Assembly (NCBI RefSeq): GCF_036321535.1
Contig: NC_087437.1
Span: 95,048,001-95,112,000, forward strand
DNA: 64,000 bases
Direction: 5' to 3'
Source: Camelus dromedarius
Taxonomy: Eukaryota
The notes beneath the pieces are model-generated. The model saw only the letters and a program-made list of their open reading frames with translations, made no database searches and was not told the DNA's origin. Positions 52,891 to 64,000 of the stretch are shown here, one piece after another. The stretch's first letter is position 1. Each line of letters opens with the position of its first letter. Position numbers and translations under genes: made by a program.

Positions 52891-55661
52891 TATTAATAAT
52901 AGTAGTCATTGAAATACTTAAAAAGTGATATAATTTCAGAACATTCAATAGTATAAGAAATATATATCATCATAGGTTCAACCTCTAGTTTAATGGTTCC
53001 CAAACTTTAGTGTCCATTGAAATCACATCATGTAAAGTACCAGTTACAAGTTCTTGCTCCCAAAGGGCAAGACTGAATAGGTCAGGGATCATTTATCTAC
53101 ACTTTTAACCTAACCCCAGGATTTTCTAAGTCAAATCAATAAAATAAATAAAGAATAATTAGAAATTAGAGAAACTTCATAAACATATAAAGATGGATTA
53201 CATATTGAGGCACATTGCTTTCATTTTATGTTTATATTACAAAAATTTTTTTCTGAAGGTTACCTTCTGAGTGGGTTGTTACCACACCAGTTTGGAATGC
53301 CTGTGCCTGGTATTTTGGGAGGCTTTATTTTGATGAGCCCGTATTGGCCTCTGAAAACATCAAATCCAATTTTATGTATACACGTGGTAAACAAAATACT
53401 TATTTCAAAAGAAAATTACTCTTACTTTTTCAGAAGTCCGTATTAATATAAATGCAGTTCTATATAAATATGGTTCTAAAATTAATAAAAAAAAAAAACC
53501 CCGAACAAACAAACAAAAACAACCTTAGACTTCATCCCTTTCCATCTCAGGTCTTGTTTCAGTGCTAGCAGAAATCTAGAGAAGTACCTATTATATTGAG
53601 ACATTGTACCAGTTATTAACAGGCTGAGTAGGAAGACTATTAAAAGATTTTGATAATGTAATTGCATCTTAATTTATTATTAATAGAAGGTCTCAGAATT
53701 GCTCAAAAGTATTCAAATATGAAGTGAAAAATAATTTAAGATTCAAGAAAAAAGACTTTCCCTGGGTGGCATAGACTAGGAATTAGCCTTGTAATGGTAT
53801 TGAAGATAAGCGAAATAATTAGGTCTATTTGCTTCCTAAAGAGAAGAGGCGATTTGTATCTATTAATAGGTTTAAATTCATATCCAGTCTTTGAACTCCT
53901 AGTAGTCACACAGGGCATGACCAAGCAACTCTGGGCCTTAGGGTTTGTGGCCTCCATTCATTTAATCTTATACAGACTTACCCCCTTTCCAGGAAAGTTT
54001 ATTTTTGGTTGAAGCAACATTTGCTTCTGCTCATTCTGTGTCACCTGCAGTACATTTGCTTCCACTAATTCTAACTATGTTGCCTACAGTTTTGCGTATA
54101 CAACTCTTTCTCATTTGTTCACTGGTTCACTTATCTGCAAAAGAAAAAAGAGAGAGCGCACGCTACAAATCTCAAATCAGAGTGCAAAAAGGAAAAGGGA
54201 AAAATGCCCTTAGAAGAATTTTTTGGAATTTTATCGTTTTGCACCCAAATTTGTCTATGGCAATATTTTATGTATGGTGGGTTTTCCTTTGATATGTTAA
54301 CTACACATAGCTTTGTTTTGGACTGATGAGTTATTTACTTATTCCTTTAGAACATAAAGATTACTGAGGATATTTTAAATTAACATATGGAGTAGCTTTT
54401 AAATCTCCATATCTTGTATGTCAAGTGATTAGAATCTGCCTCTCAGCCCCTTAATAGGGCGCCCCTTAGAATCTCTAAGAACTAAATTTGAGATATAATG
54501 ACAGAGAAATGGGGAAGTTGCAGAGACGTAAAGATTTGCTAATGTGTTTGCTAATGTGTAAGAGTTTCTTTAGAAATCCTTGTTCCTGTTAGAAGTACTG
54601 AGTTTTAAAATGAGTGAAGTTGACTGCATTTCTATAGAGACTTCTCAGTAATCTTTTAAAAGGTTGTTTTAAATATTTTGTTTTCCAAAAGAGTAATTGT
54701 CTTTAGAAAATTATTTTTAGAATTGAAATTCCATACTTTTATCTTGCAGCCATGAATAACTTACCTAGATTCAAGGATTCTCTAAATATGGCTCAAGCAT
54801 GTCTGACTAATTCAAGAAGTAAAGTTGAAAATTTTATTTTAGTACTTTAATTGATTCAAAGTTATTGACTGTTAATCAATTATATCTATAAAGTATATAG
54901 TCTATGAAAATCTAATGTAACTCTTTAGGGAAAGAATTGATAAATATTACTTTACGTAATCATTTTTAAAAAAAAAAAACTTCTGTATGGTTAAGGAATT
55001 GTATTTTATCTGTATTTGTTTTTACGTACTTTTAATTTATGACTTAAAAACATGTTTTGAAACAAAAAATAAGATGATTTTCAGAGTAGATTTTCCCCTC
55101 CAAAATTTGAATTCAGGACAAAGGAAGATTGGTAAGCAAGGTTTATTTTACGCAGTTACAAGAGTGTTTTTGAGTTGCCATTTCATAAGAAAGTCTGCTC
55201 ATATTCTGTATATTGAAGTTATTGTTGGCTCAAATTTATAACCATTTACTGTTTCCACATTATATACAAAGAAATGAAGTATAGATTAACATTGATTGGA
55301 ATGCCATATAATTTGTTCTAATATGTTGAAAATCCAATATTAGGATTAATAACAAATATTCACAGGGCCACCTACATACTGTTTTCACACTCCAAAATAT
55401 TGTCTGAAAATCCTTTGTCTATGGAAAACGGTCCTAACAGCTGAAATAAGCTATATTTTCAAACCTAAATATCTTGGTCCATTAGGATAAGCGTGAGTAA
55501 ATAAAGGATTATTTGTGAATTTTGATAATCTTAGTACAGCTGTGAAGAGTTGCCTTTGAAATGTAATTCTACACAATTACAAACTTTATCTATATTCTGA
55601 CTACCCATGGGTTTTTGTATTTGTAATAAAAAGGAAAAGAAAGACAATACAACTATTCAGT

Positions 55662-56715
55662 CAGTTTATTGAACATCTTTTATAATCATTACCTTGAACT
55701 CTTTACCTGATAGATTGCTTATATCCACTTGGCTTAGTTCCTGATCTGGGGTTGCTTGTTCCTTCTTTTGGAACATATTTCTCTCTCTCCTTATTTGTTT
55801 AATTCTCTGTGTTTATTTGTATCTATTAAGTCGGTTACATTTCCCAGTCTTGGAGAAGTGTCCACATGTAGGAGACATCCTATGGGGTCCAGCAGCACGC
55901 TCCCCTCTGTTCACCAGAGCTATGTGCTCTTGGGGTGCCCCCTACATGGACTACATGGGCCCTTCTCTTGTGGCAGGACTGACTACTGGGTGCGCTGGTT
56001 GGCAGGGCTGGCTTGTGGCCTTGTGATGTGGCTGGGGTTGGCCAGCTGGGAGGTGGGGAAGCCCTTAGTGCTAATGGGCTAGAGTGAAGACTTGCATTTG
56101 CCAGCACCAGTGCCTTCCTGGTATTAACAAGCTCCCCCAAATGGCTGCTGCCAGCATCTGGGTCTTCCAGGGGAGTGCCAGTTGCCTCCTGACTCTCTGG
56201 GAAGCTCTCTAAGATCAGCAAGTGGGTCTGACCCAGGCTCCTTTCAGATTACTGCCTTTGGGCTGGAATTCGGAGAGTATGAGGCTTTTTGCATGTCCTT
56301 TAACAGAGGAATGTGTTTTCTATAGCCCTCTGACTTTCCCATTTATATGCCCCTTTGGCCTTCAAAACCTTATGTTCTGGGGGCTCATCTTCCTGGAGTA
56401 GGACCCCTCAACTAGGAGCCCAGTGTGAGTCTTAGACCCCTGGCTCCCTGGGGAAACCTCAGCAATTGTCATTACCTTCCTGTTTGTGGGTCACCTACCT
56501 GGAGGTGTGGGTCTTAACTATACTATGTGTCTGCCCTTTTTATCTGTCTTGCTTTGGTTCCTTCTTTGTATCTTTAGTTATAGAAGGCCTTTTCTGTTAG
56601 TCTTCAGGTCATTCTCATAGATGGACACTCAGTAAATAGTTGTAATTTTGGTGTGCCTGTTGGGGGAGATGATCACCCTCAGGTCTTCCTTCTCTGCCGT
56701 CTTGGCCCTCTCAAC
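55662..56715 (-). mobile_element. Isolated 5' end (5'UTR plus ORF1 start) of an older LINE-1
   Basis: Right end 'tcttccttctctgccgtcttggcc' resembles an L1 5' terminus with decayed YY1 motif. GC-rich but CpG-depleted UTR, then antisense ORF1-start-like 'ataatcattaccttgaactctttacctgatagattgcttat'. Confidence 0.75.
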
Positions 56716-57251
56716 CCCACTCAGTAATCATTTGAAAGCATTACTATGTCTTTTAATGTTTTGAAAGTAATACATTTACTCAATAGGTCAATAAATATAT
56801 TTAATCTATATATTTATTCAGAAATTATGCTTTGAATGTAATACATTTAACTGATAAATTAATAAAATATATGGGGTATTTTCCACAAGGGACAGAGATG
56901 CTTCATCATAGATGACTTTAGAGAGAGTCAGTGTCTGATGATTCTTAGTAAAACAATTAGTTGGCTGGGCTAAGTGCTCCAGTTTTCTTTTATTTTTGTT
57001 TTTATTCTCTTTTGAAAAACATTTTGCTGGAATTGTGCCGGATCCTGCTAAGAGCTGTGTTGGGAGATTATTTTGAAGTCTCAAGCAAAACTAGAGAATG
57101 GCTTAGTTTGCAAGTTTTCTTACAGATTTAAGAAAAAAGTAATTGATTCCTTTATAAGTTAACAAAAGTCCAAGTGTAATCCCAGAAGAGGAGAATTGTA
57201 AAATCAAACCATGGTACTTATGTCAACTTCCAAAGACTACATTAATGGTTC

Positions 57252-57689
57252 TGTTGCTGGAGAATAGGTTCCTGCCTTGCTCAGGAAAGAATTCAAGAGC
57301 GAGGCATAGTGAAGTGAAAGTAAGTTTATTCAGGGAGATACACACTCCAGAGACAGAGTGTGGGCCATCTCAGAGGGCAAGAGAGAGAGAGACCACCAGG
57401 TACAGAGTTGTTAGTTTTTATCGGCTCTGTAATTTCATTTCCTCTGTAGGAGGATTATTCCAACTATTTTGGGGAAGGGGCTGGGTTTCCAGGAATTGAG
57501 CCCTAGCCTACTTTCGGACTTTTTATGGTAAGCATAGGAACTGTCATGGTAGCTGTAGGTGTGCCGTGAGGTTCAAAGTCTACTGGAAGCCAAATCTTCT
57601 GCCATCTTGGTTCTAGCCAGTTTGTCCTGTTCTCAATTGCTGTGTCATTATTTCAATGGTTGTGCCCTGCTCCCTTCCCTCCTGTCTCA
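57252..57689 (-). mobile_element. ERV1-class solo LTR (438 bp)
   Basis: TG...CA termini; perfect 4-bp TSD gttc (57248-57251 / 57690-57693); minus-strand AATAAA (tttatt ~57325) and TATA-like (tttttatc ~57415). Confidence 0.88.
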
Positions 57690-57764
57690 GTTCTAACCCA
57701 TTGGTTAATGCCATATTATTTTGTGCATCAGAAATTATGCTAATCTATAAAGTATAGGTATTAT

Positions 57765-57875
57765 TTTTATATTCATTTACAGATAAAGAAAGTAACTTTC
57801 AGAGAGGGTAAGTATTTTATCCAAGTTCACACAGCTAACAAGTAGCAGAGCCTAGATTTAAACCGAGTCAAACTG
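57765..57875 (-). mobile_element. MIR relic
   Basis: 'catttacagataaagaaagt...cagagagggtaagtattttatccaagttcacacagctaacaagtagcagagcctagatttaaacc'. Confidence 0.8.
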
Positions 57876-60688
57876 AATCCATTCTCTGGATGTATTAACA
57901 TATCTTCACAAATGCTGTGTTAGTTAATGCTTTCTTGTGGATGCAATTCCTTCCTTCTGGAGTCTGGTTTTTCCTCCTATTACCTCTCCTTCTATAGCTC
58001 GTATTTTCCAATATTATCCTTATTAATATTTCTGTCTATTTTGGTAAACTTCTGGCTGTGAAGGTCAGGGATTTTATTTCATTTTTCTTTGTGTTGCCAA
58101 TGCTAGCACAGTTCTTAATGCAAGGCATGATGTGTAGGTATACCAATGGATAAGGTAGTGAGAGAATTTGGACTTTAAGATATGCAGATATTTTTGTTTG
58201 GTGTTTTATAGAAAGTAAAATCCTCTTGTTTACATGTTAATTGGAAATTTTACCAAAAAAGGCAGATAGGAAACATGAACTCAACGAAACAACTCAACCC
58301 TCCAGTCCCTTCAGTTACAACTCATAGAGAAATCCTTGCTGCTTTGAGTTAGCTGAGGCAATTCTTGCAGTTAATGCCATGGCACCTTCTGCAATATTTT
58401 TTTCCATGACCATATTATTAAAAACAGGGGGAAGGGCAAGCAATATTGTTTCTAAAATTTAACTTATGCTACTGTCAGTCTTTCTCACATCTCTGGGGAC
58501 ACAGACATATAATATTAGTTTCTATAGAAATATTACAAAACCACCAAGGATTCCCTCCTGGAATTTCATTTTGGTCTATAATGGTAATCATTTTAGATGA
58601 TAGCAGACAGTATCAATGGCACTCAGTTAATTATTAGGACTATTCCAAATTTTGACAAGAAAAGATCTCCCTCCTCCATTCGTTAGGTAGAGTGACAATC
58701 AAGGGAAATTAGGATGGAACAAAGTACCTAAGGAAAAATGACTCGATCTATTAATCATACAATTATTTTAATGCATTGTTTCTTTGTGTTTCTTTATGCT
58801 GTATAATTTCAGGTGAAATTACTTAGTTTTTCTGTAGAGTATGCTCTGTTTTTGTAGCTAGTACAGTGAGAGTGAGTATTTGGGAAATGTGTCTAACTCA
58901 CTAGAGGATATTTAAGTCTACTCTCTATACAGTGAGTCATTAATGGGTGCTGTCGTCTTATTCTTAACAAATATCTCCTTGTAGGATGAAATTCTGACAA
59001 GAAAATTACAGGATTGGTATTTGTGATAGGATTTATGTTAATAATTAGAGGACTTTTGCTCTTTAATGTAAATGGAGCTTAAATAAAAAGGTTAAAAGGC
59101 AAGTCTCTTTTAAGAATATAGGTTTTTTTTTACAAATATAGGTATGTTGTCAAGGCAAATATATACACCCCCCTCTTCTTGGGCAAATGTCACCAAATTG
59201 TCTTTTAATATTCATTGTGCATCTGTCAACTACTCACTGAATTTGTTTCTCTTCTGCTTTTAGCAATGTTGCAAGCATTCTTGTGCTGCACATATGATAT
59301 ATGATACAAATGGATATTTTAATCATTTTAGGTTTTCTCATTTTACCTACCAAAGAATAAGAAATACCTACCAAAGAAATTTGGATCCAAACAGGTCTTT
59401 GTTAATAAAATAAATACTGCTTTGCACAATCTGCTAAGAAGAAACAGACTTGAAAACATAAACAAATAAAACCCTGAGACACATACTAGGAAAAAAGAAT
59501 AAAATCATACATTTGAAAAAAGAATAAAATTATATATTTGAATCTTTTGCATACTTCAACAGAGTATTGAAAGCAGTCTCTTAAATGATTCCTTGCTTGT
59601 GTTTCTGTAAATGTGATGTCTTAAAGGGGGAAACAGTTTACATCCAACCAGGAGTTTGGTTTCCTCGTAATAAATCTCATGTGACTTTGATACATTTCCT
59701 TGAAATACTTAGCACTTACGTGTGTATCTTTTTCCAGCTGTGGTTGTGTAAATGTTTAGATATTTCAGTCACTCATGTTTATATTTTATCTTCCAACCGG
59801 GCAGTTGTTGAAGGAATCCTTCCCTGTCCTTCTCCCTGATGCTGGCCTTGCCTAAAGTCAGTTGTGTTATATTCCCAAGGTTCTACCAGGATTCTTGCCA
59901 AGGACAGCTGATATTATCATCCTGGTGCCTTGTGAAAGCCTCACTCCATCAGCCCCTTTCTTCTTTGTAACTTTTTAGTTTCCTACGTAGAATGTAGTTG
60001 AAACCTTGAAGTTGGTTTTGCCAAGTGTAATATAAACCTTATTACATAAAAAATACCCAAATTAGCATAACTAAAATGATAGTTGTCAGGTGGTGGTTTA
60101 TAGGAACTCACAAATTATGATTGAAGAAAGGTTTTTTTATGAATAGTGAGTCAAGAATATAAAGAGAGGTGTGTGACGAAGTGGAGAGCGGTACCACTTT
60201 TAAGGAGAAAGATTACAGTCACCAGGGCTCTTTCCTCTACACTCTTCTGTGATTGATATATGTTCTTCTCTACTTGTTCTTGGTGTAACTCCCTCAGAGT
60301 CCTCCTTTGAGAAAGTGAGTCACAGTCATTGATACAAGTTAGGTGACTTTTCCCTCAAAGTGTGTTAGTGGAAAAACCGGGGATCAGTGATACTTAATTT
60401 TAATTGTGCAAACAGTACATACGAGTTGAGGTTCTAAGATATTAAAAACTGATACTATAGGATATTTACTCAAAAATGCAAACTCATTTTTAGAGAAGAT
60501 CACACAGTACAAGGAAAGCTTTATATCCCCTTTTATTTATCATGAAGGTCTTCACTGAGTTAAGTGCCTATGAAATCACATGATTTACAGTTAGATATTC
60601 TTGAATGCATTGGAAGAACAAAATTAGATGCATCAGGTTTAACTGCTTCTTGCTATTTTTATTATCTACATTTTAAAAATAAGTAATC

Positions 60689-60918
60689 GGCGGGGAGAGT
60701 ATAGCACACTGGTGGAGTGTGTGCTTAGCTTGCACAAGGTCCTGGTTTCAATCCCCAGTACTTCCATTAAAAAATAATAATAGGTAAATCAATAAGTAAA
60801 CCTAATTACCTCCCCCTTCAAAAATAAAATAAAAATAAAGTAAATAAATCTATTTTAAAAATCTGATTAGAAAAAGTAAGCATCAAACTAACAAAAAATA
60901 AACTTGAAAATGAAACAA
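60689..60918 (+). mobile_element. tRNA-Ala-derived SINE (camelid Vic-1 type)
   Basis: 'ggggagagtatagcacactggtggagtgtgtgcttagcttgcacaaggtcctggtttcaatccccagtac', 'cctaattacctccccc', long A-rich tail. Perfect 14-bp TSD aaaaataagtaatc (60675-60688 / 60919-60932) at a TTTT/AAAAA site. Confidence 0.92.
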
Positions 60919-61049
60919 AAAAATAAGTAATCAAAATGAACAACTTCTAATGTTGGAAACAAGAATGAACAAAAGCATGTTTCTTAATGGAGTTTAAATT
61001 AATCCTAGCAGTACTTATGGAATATTTGGAAAGAGCAAAGATTACGAAT

Positions 61050-61175
61050 TTGACTAGGATTGAATCCCACCACTGCCACCTTTCAGCTGACTGACAGCCA
61101 AGAGTCTCAGTTCCCCTCAGATGGATACCAGATATAACAACATTCACCTCATAAAGATGTTGTTGTGATAAAGGC
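61050..61175 (+). mobile_element. MIR relic
   Basis: 'ggattgaatcccaccactgccacc...ctcagttcccctcag...cacctcataaagatgttgttgtgataa'. Confidence 0.6.
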
Positions 61176-61949
61176 AATAATTAATAATTGTTTTCTTTTA
61201 AATTCCTCTTCCTCTTGCTTAGACATGATAATAAAGGATAACTTATAGTTTTTATGAAGATGATGATTACCATTTATGATTGTTATTATTGAGGTTAAGC
61301 AATTACTTGTCATAAATATCCCTTGGGAATCAGAAAGTTCCTTTCGTGAAGGTTATACATTAGAAATGTGAGATTTCTATGTTTTTTCTTATTATTTCCA
61401 AAAGTTTTGGCTCTACAGTCAGTTAAGTCTTTCGTTTACTCACCCTATTCATTCTCTCCAGATTACTGTATGCTGACAGAGTATATTTTCTTTTGAAGCA
61501 TGTTCCTCAGAAGCAAAATTCAAAGTGGGATGTCCTATAAAAAGAAAAATACAGAGAGTTCAGTGACTAAATAAGTTTGAGAAATGCTGCATATTTTACC
61601 TTTCTTCTAGTGCACATAATGTGAATTAGCAAAATTAAAGACCCTGAGAACCACAACTCTTTTTTTGAGCTAACAATCTGAGAAGAGAGTGTTCCACGTA
61701 GCATTTTGAAAATTCAGCCTTTAATAGAATAGAGAGCATTTTTATTGCTGAAACTCTTTTACTGAATGCTGCTGTACAAACATCATGGTGAAAACTTGGG
61801 CCTGAGTCTCTACTCCCAAAAGTCCTGCTGGGACTGTAGGTTAGGGATGGAGAGAGTCTCGTGCTCCATTGTACTTGAGCAGAGCCTGGGTGATCTCCAG
61901 GTTCTGTAATTGGCCGTTACTTCCTCTGTATACTCTCTTTGGACAGTTT

Positions 61950-63370
61950 TATTCTTTCCCAGAGTTTCAGTCTCCAACTTGATTCTCGTCTCTGGATCCA
62001 GCTGAGATTTTTTTCCTGAGGTCATACTTGGATATTTAATTGGCAACTTGTCATCTTCATTTGGAGATTCTGGAAACATCCCAAACTCTCCACGTCTCAT
62101 GCTGAATACATCACTTCTGTCCTTTCTCTCACCACATCCCATTCTTTTACTCTTGACCTTCACTGGGACTACGCTTACCCATTGCTCAGATCAGAAACTG
62201 GGAATCTCTCTACACTCTGCTTCTCTCCCATCCTGTGCATTTTTCATTTCCATCTCCCATAGTGCCAGTGAGTGGATTCTGTGGATATTATAACTATTTC
62301 TAGATTCTTCTGTCAACTGAAAAAAAATGCATAACCTAAAAGTTGAGCATATGTTTTATACAGTGGACTTTCTGAGGACTCAAGCCTGGGAGGTGGCCTC
62401 TGATATCACTCTAAGGGACTACTCCCAAGAGATAGGGGAGGAGCCAGGATATCTAGGAGTTTTTGTAACAAGGGCTAGGTAGTCGGAACATCAAAAGATT
62501 ATTGTTAAAGAAAGCCAGATATTTTGAGTTAAGAAATTTAGTACTTTTCTACGTATGGGGAGGTACAAAAGTCTGGGTTCATTGAAATCATTTTTTTGAT
62601 ATACACCTAGCTATCTAGGCTCACTATCCTCTTCTCTCACATCCTGAATCCCTTCAGGGTGCACTGCTGTGGGTGGCAGCGGAGGCTGGGCTCCCTGCTT
62701 GTCTCCATCCTGAATTCCCTCTGCTCACTGTTCAGGGTGGCAGTAGTAGCTGATGACTCAATGGCCACACCATCCTTTGTTTACTGCTATGGCTGGCAAT
62801 GGCAACATTTTTCATTCACACATCTATCTTCTCTTCTGCCTATCAATATCCAAGTTTAAGCTTTCAGAATTTATTGTTTCAAGAATGTAAATGCGTTCTA
62901 ACTATTCCTTTCCCAGCTTAGCCTGCTACAGTCTAATTTCAGACTACCAATTTTGAGCTCCTTAAAGCCAAACTTACAAGCAATTCCTTGCTTAAAAATA
63001 TACTAATGTTCTTGTTGCCTTCAGATAGGTTCCAGAACTTTGGCTTGATGTACAAAGCCCATCACATTATGGCTTCTTCAGGCACATGCTTCCTAATCTC
63101 TGACATCCCCCTTATACTGAGGCCATTCTCACTTACCTATAGGTCCCACAAGTGTACCATATTCTTTTGTAGCTGTGCCTCTGAGTGAAATCATCTTTCT
63201 TTCCCTCCTGACTCATTTTTCAAGACTCACCTCAGGTTTCATGTGTCAGCATGCCTTCTCTGTCTGCCTTTCTCCAGCAGTCTTAAGTGCCCTTTCTTTG
63301 TATTCTCATAGCAACGTATGCATCCTTGTTTCCCATGTGAATATAAATGAAATTTACTTAAATTAAATAC
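61950..63370 (+). mobile_element. L2 relic split by the MER41-like LTR
   Basis: C/T-rich degenerate L2 ('ccattgctcagatcagaaactgggaatc', 'ccttgcttaaaaata...gttccagaactttggcttgatgtacaaagccc') on both sides of 62311-62820. Confidence 0.55.
62311..62820 (-). mobile_element. MER41-like ERV1 solo LTR (Laurasiatherian type)
   Basis: 'tgtcaactgaaaaaaaatgcataacctaaaagttgag...gggaggagccaggata...gtagtcggaacatcaaaagatta...catcctttgtttactg...aacatttttcattcaca'; TG...CA ends; 4-bp TSD cttc/catc (one mismatch). Confidence 0.85.
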
Positions 63371-64000
63371 ATATTACCTCAGCAGTTGATCCTCATTAGC
63401 ATCCACCTTTCATAATTACAGCTGGAATAATGGCCAGTAATATATTATAATGCTTTATTTTCTAAAGTTCTACAGCACTCATAATTGAGTAATCTGAAAT
63501 CCAATTTAAATTTCATTTGACTTCAGTATAGCCTTTGCAAAAGACCATGAGTTTCCAAGTAATTTTTTCCCTAGTTGCTGGTTTATTTCATCCTTTTTTA
63601 GAGCCTGGTTTCACTTAGAGGATTTATAGTATGCTGTATACCATGCCCTGAACTAAAGCTATTTCTCAATATTTCTGATTATAAAACTGTTACTTGACAT
63701 TTCAAATTATATATATTTTTTTGTTTCATGGTGGATATAAGCAAGTCATAGACCTTTTAGTCTCATCACTCTTTTATGATTTCATTAAGAAAAAATACTA
63801 ATTACAGTAGTTACAAGTTAGAAATATAGATAAACTCTATGCAGAACTTACTGCCTAATAAAGGTTAAAGTATGCATGTACAGTTACAATTAAAAATAAT
63901 CTTGTAAAGTGTCTTTATAGTATGCATGATTTTTAAGCTTCAGATCATTCCACTCAAACAGGGTCTTGCTATTAGCACTGTATTCATTTTTTAATTTACT

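Noticed and set aside
54750..54850. Acceptor followed by gccATG and a 32-aa ORF (MNNLPRFKDSLNM…)
   Set aside because: No good donor and no recognisable protein.
58985..59022. 32-nt candidate micro-exon (DEILTRKLQDW)
   Set aside because: Weak pyrimidine tract and donor (TTG|GTATTT), not frame-preserving, no homology recognised.
59340..59545. Short two-copy tandem duplications (also ~23428-23456, 54535-54558)
   Set aside because: Ordinary slippage products with no array or spacer structure; not CRISPR-like.

Overview
This is AT-rich mammalian non-coding DNA, most likely from a camelid. It has two tRNA-Ala-derived SINEs of the Vic-1 type, Laurasiatherian-type L1 3' ends and a MER41-like LTR, and I saw no Alu, Bov-A/BovB, PRE, ERE or Can-SINE. 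I recognise no host-gene exon, RNA gene or intact protein-coding gene. ORF-track entries with recognisable homology are broken LINE-1 ORF1/ORF2 fragments, and the rest look like chance ORFs. Main elements: a full-length ~7.1 kb inactivated L1 on the minus strand (31625-38748) with a TSD and a CpG-rich 5'UTR; a 5'-inverted (twin-primed) L1 (49261-51178) with a perfect 13-bp TSD; an isolated older L1 5' end; several short L1 3' ends; solo LTRs (ERV1, MER41-like, ERVL, MaLR); hAT MITEs; and many MIR/L2 relics and microsatellites. Long L1s and most LTRs lie on the minus strand, which suggests a large intron of a plus-strand gene (inference). I found no convincing novel biological system. The leads most worth checking are a TSD-flanked A-rich insert and an ORF0-like antisense ORF/splice-donor arrangement in the L1 5'UTR, parallel microsatellite birth at one L1 3'UTR site, extra sequence in the SINE tails, and a few enhancer/CTCF candidates. 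Repeat family names come from recalled consensus similarity, not a database search, and boundaries of old repeats are approximate.
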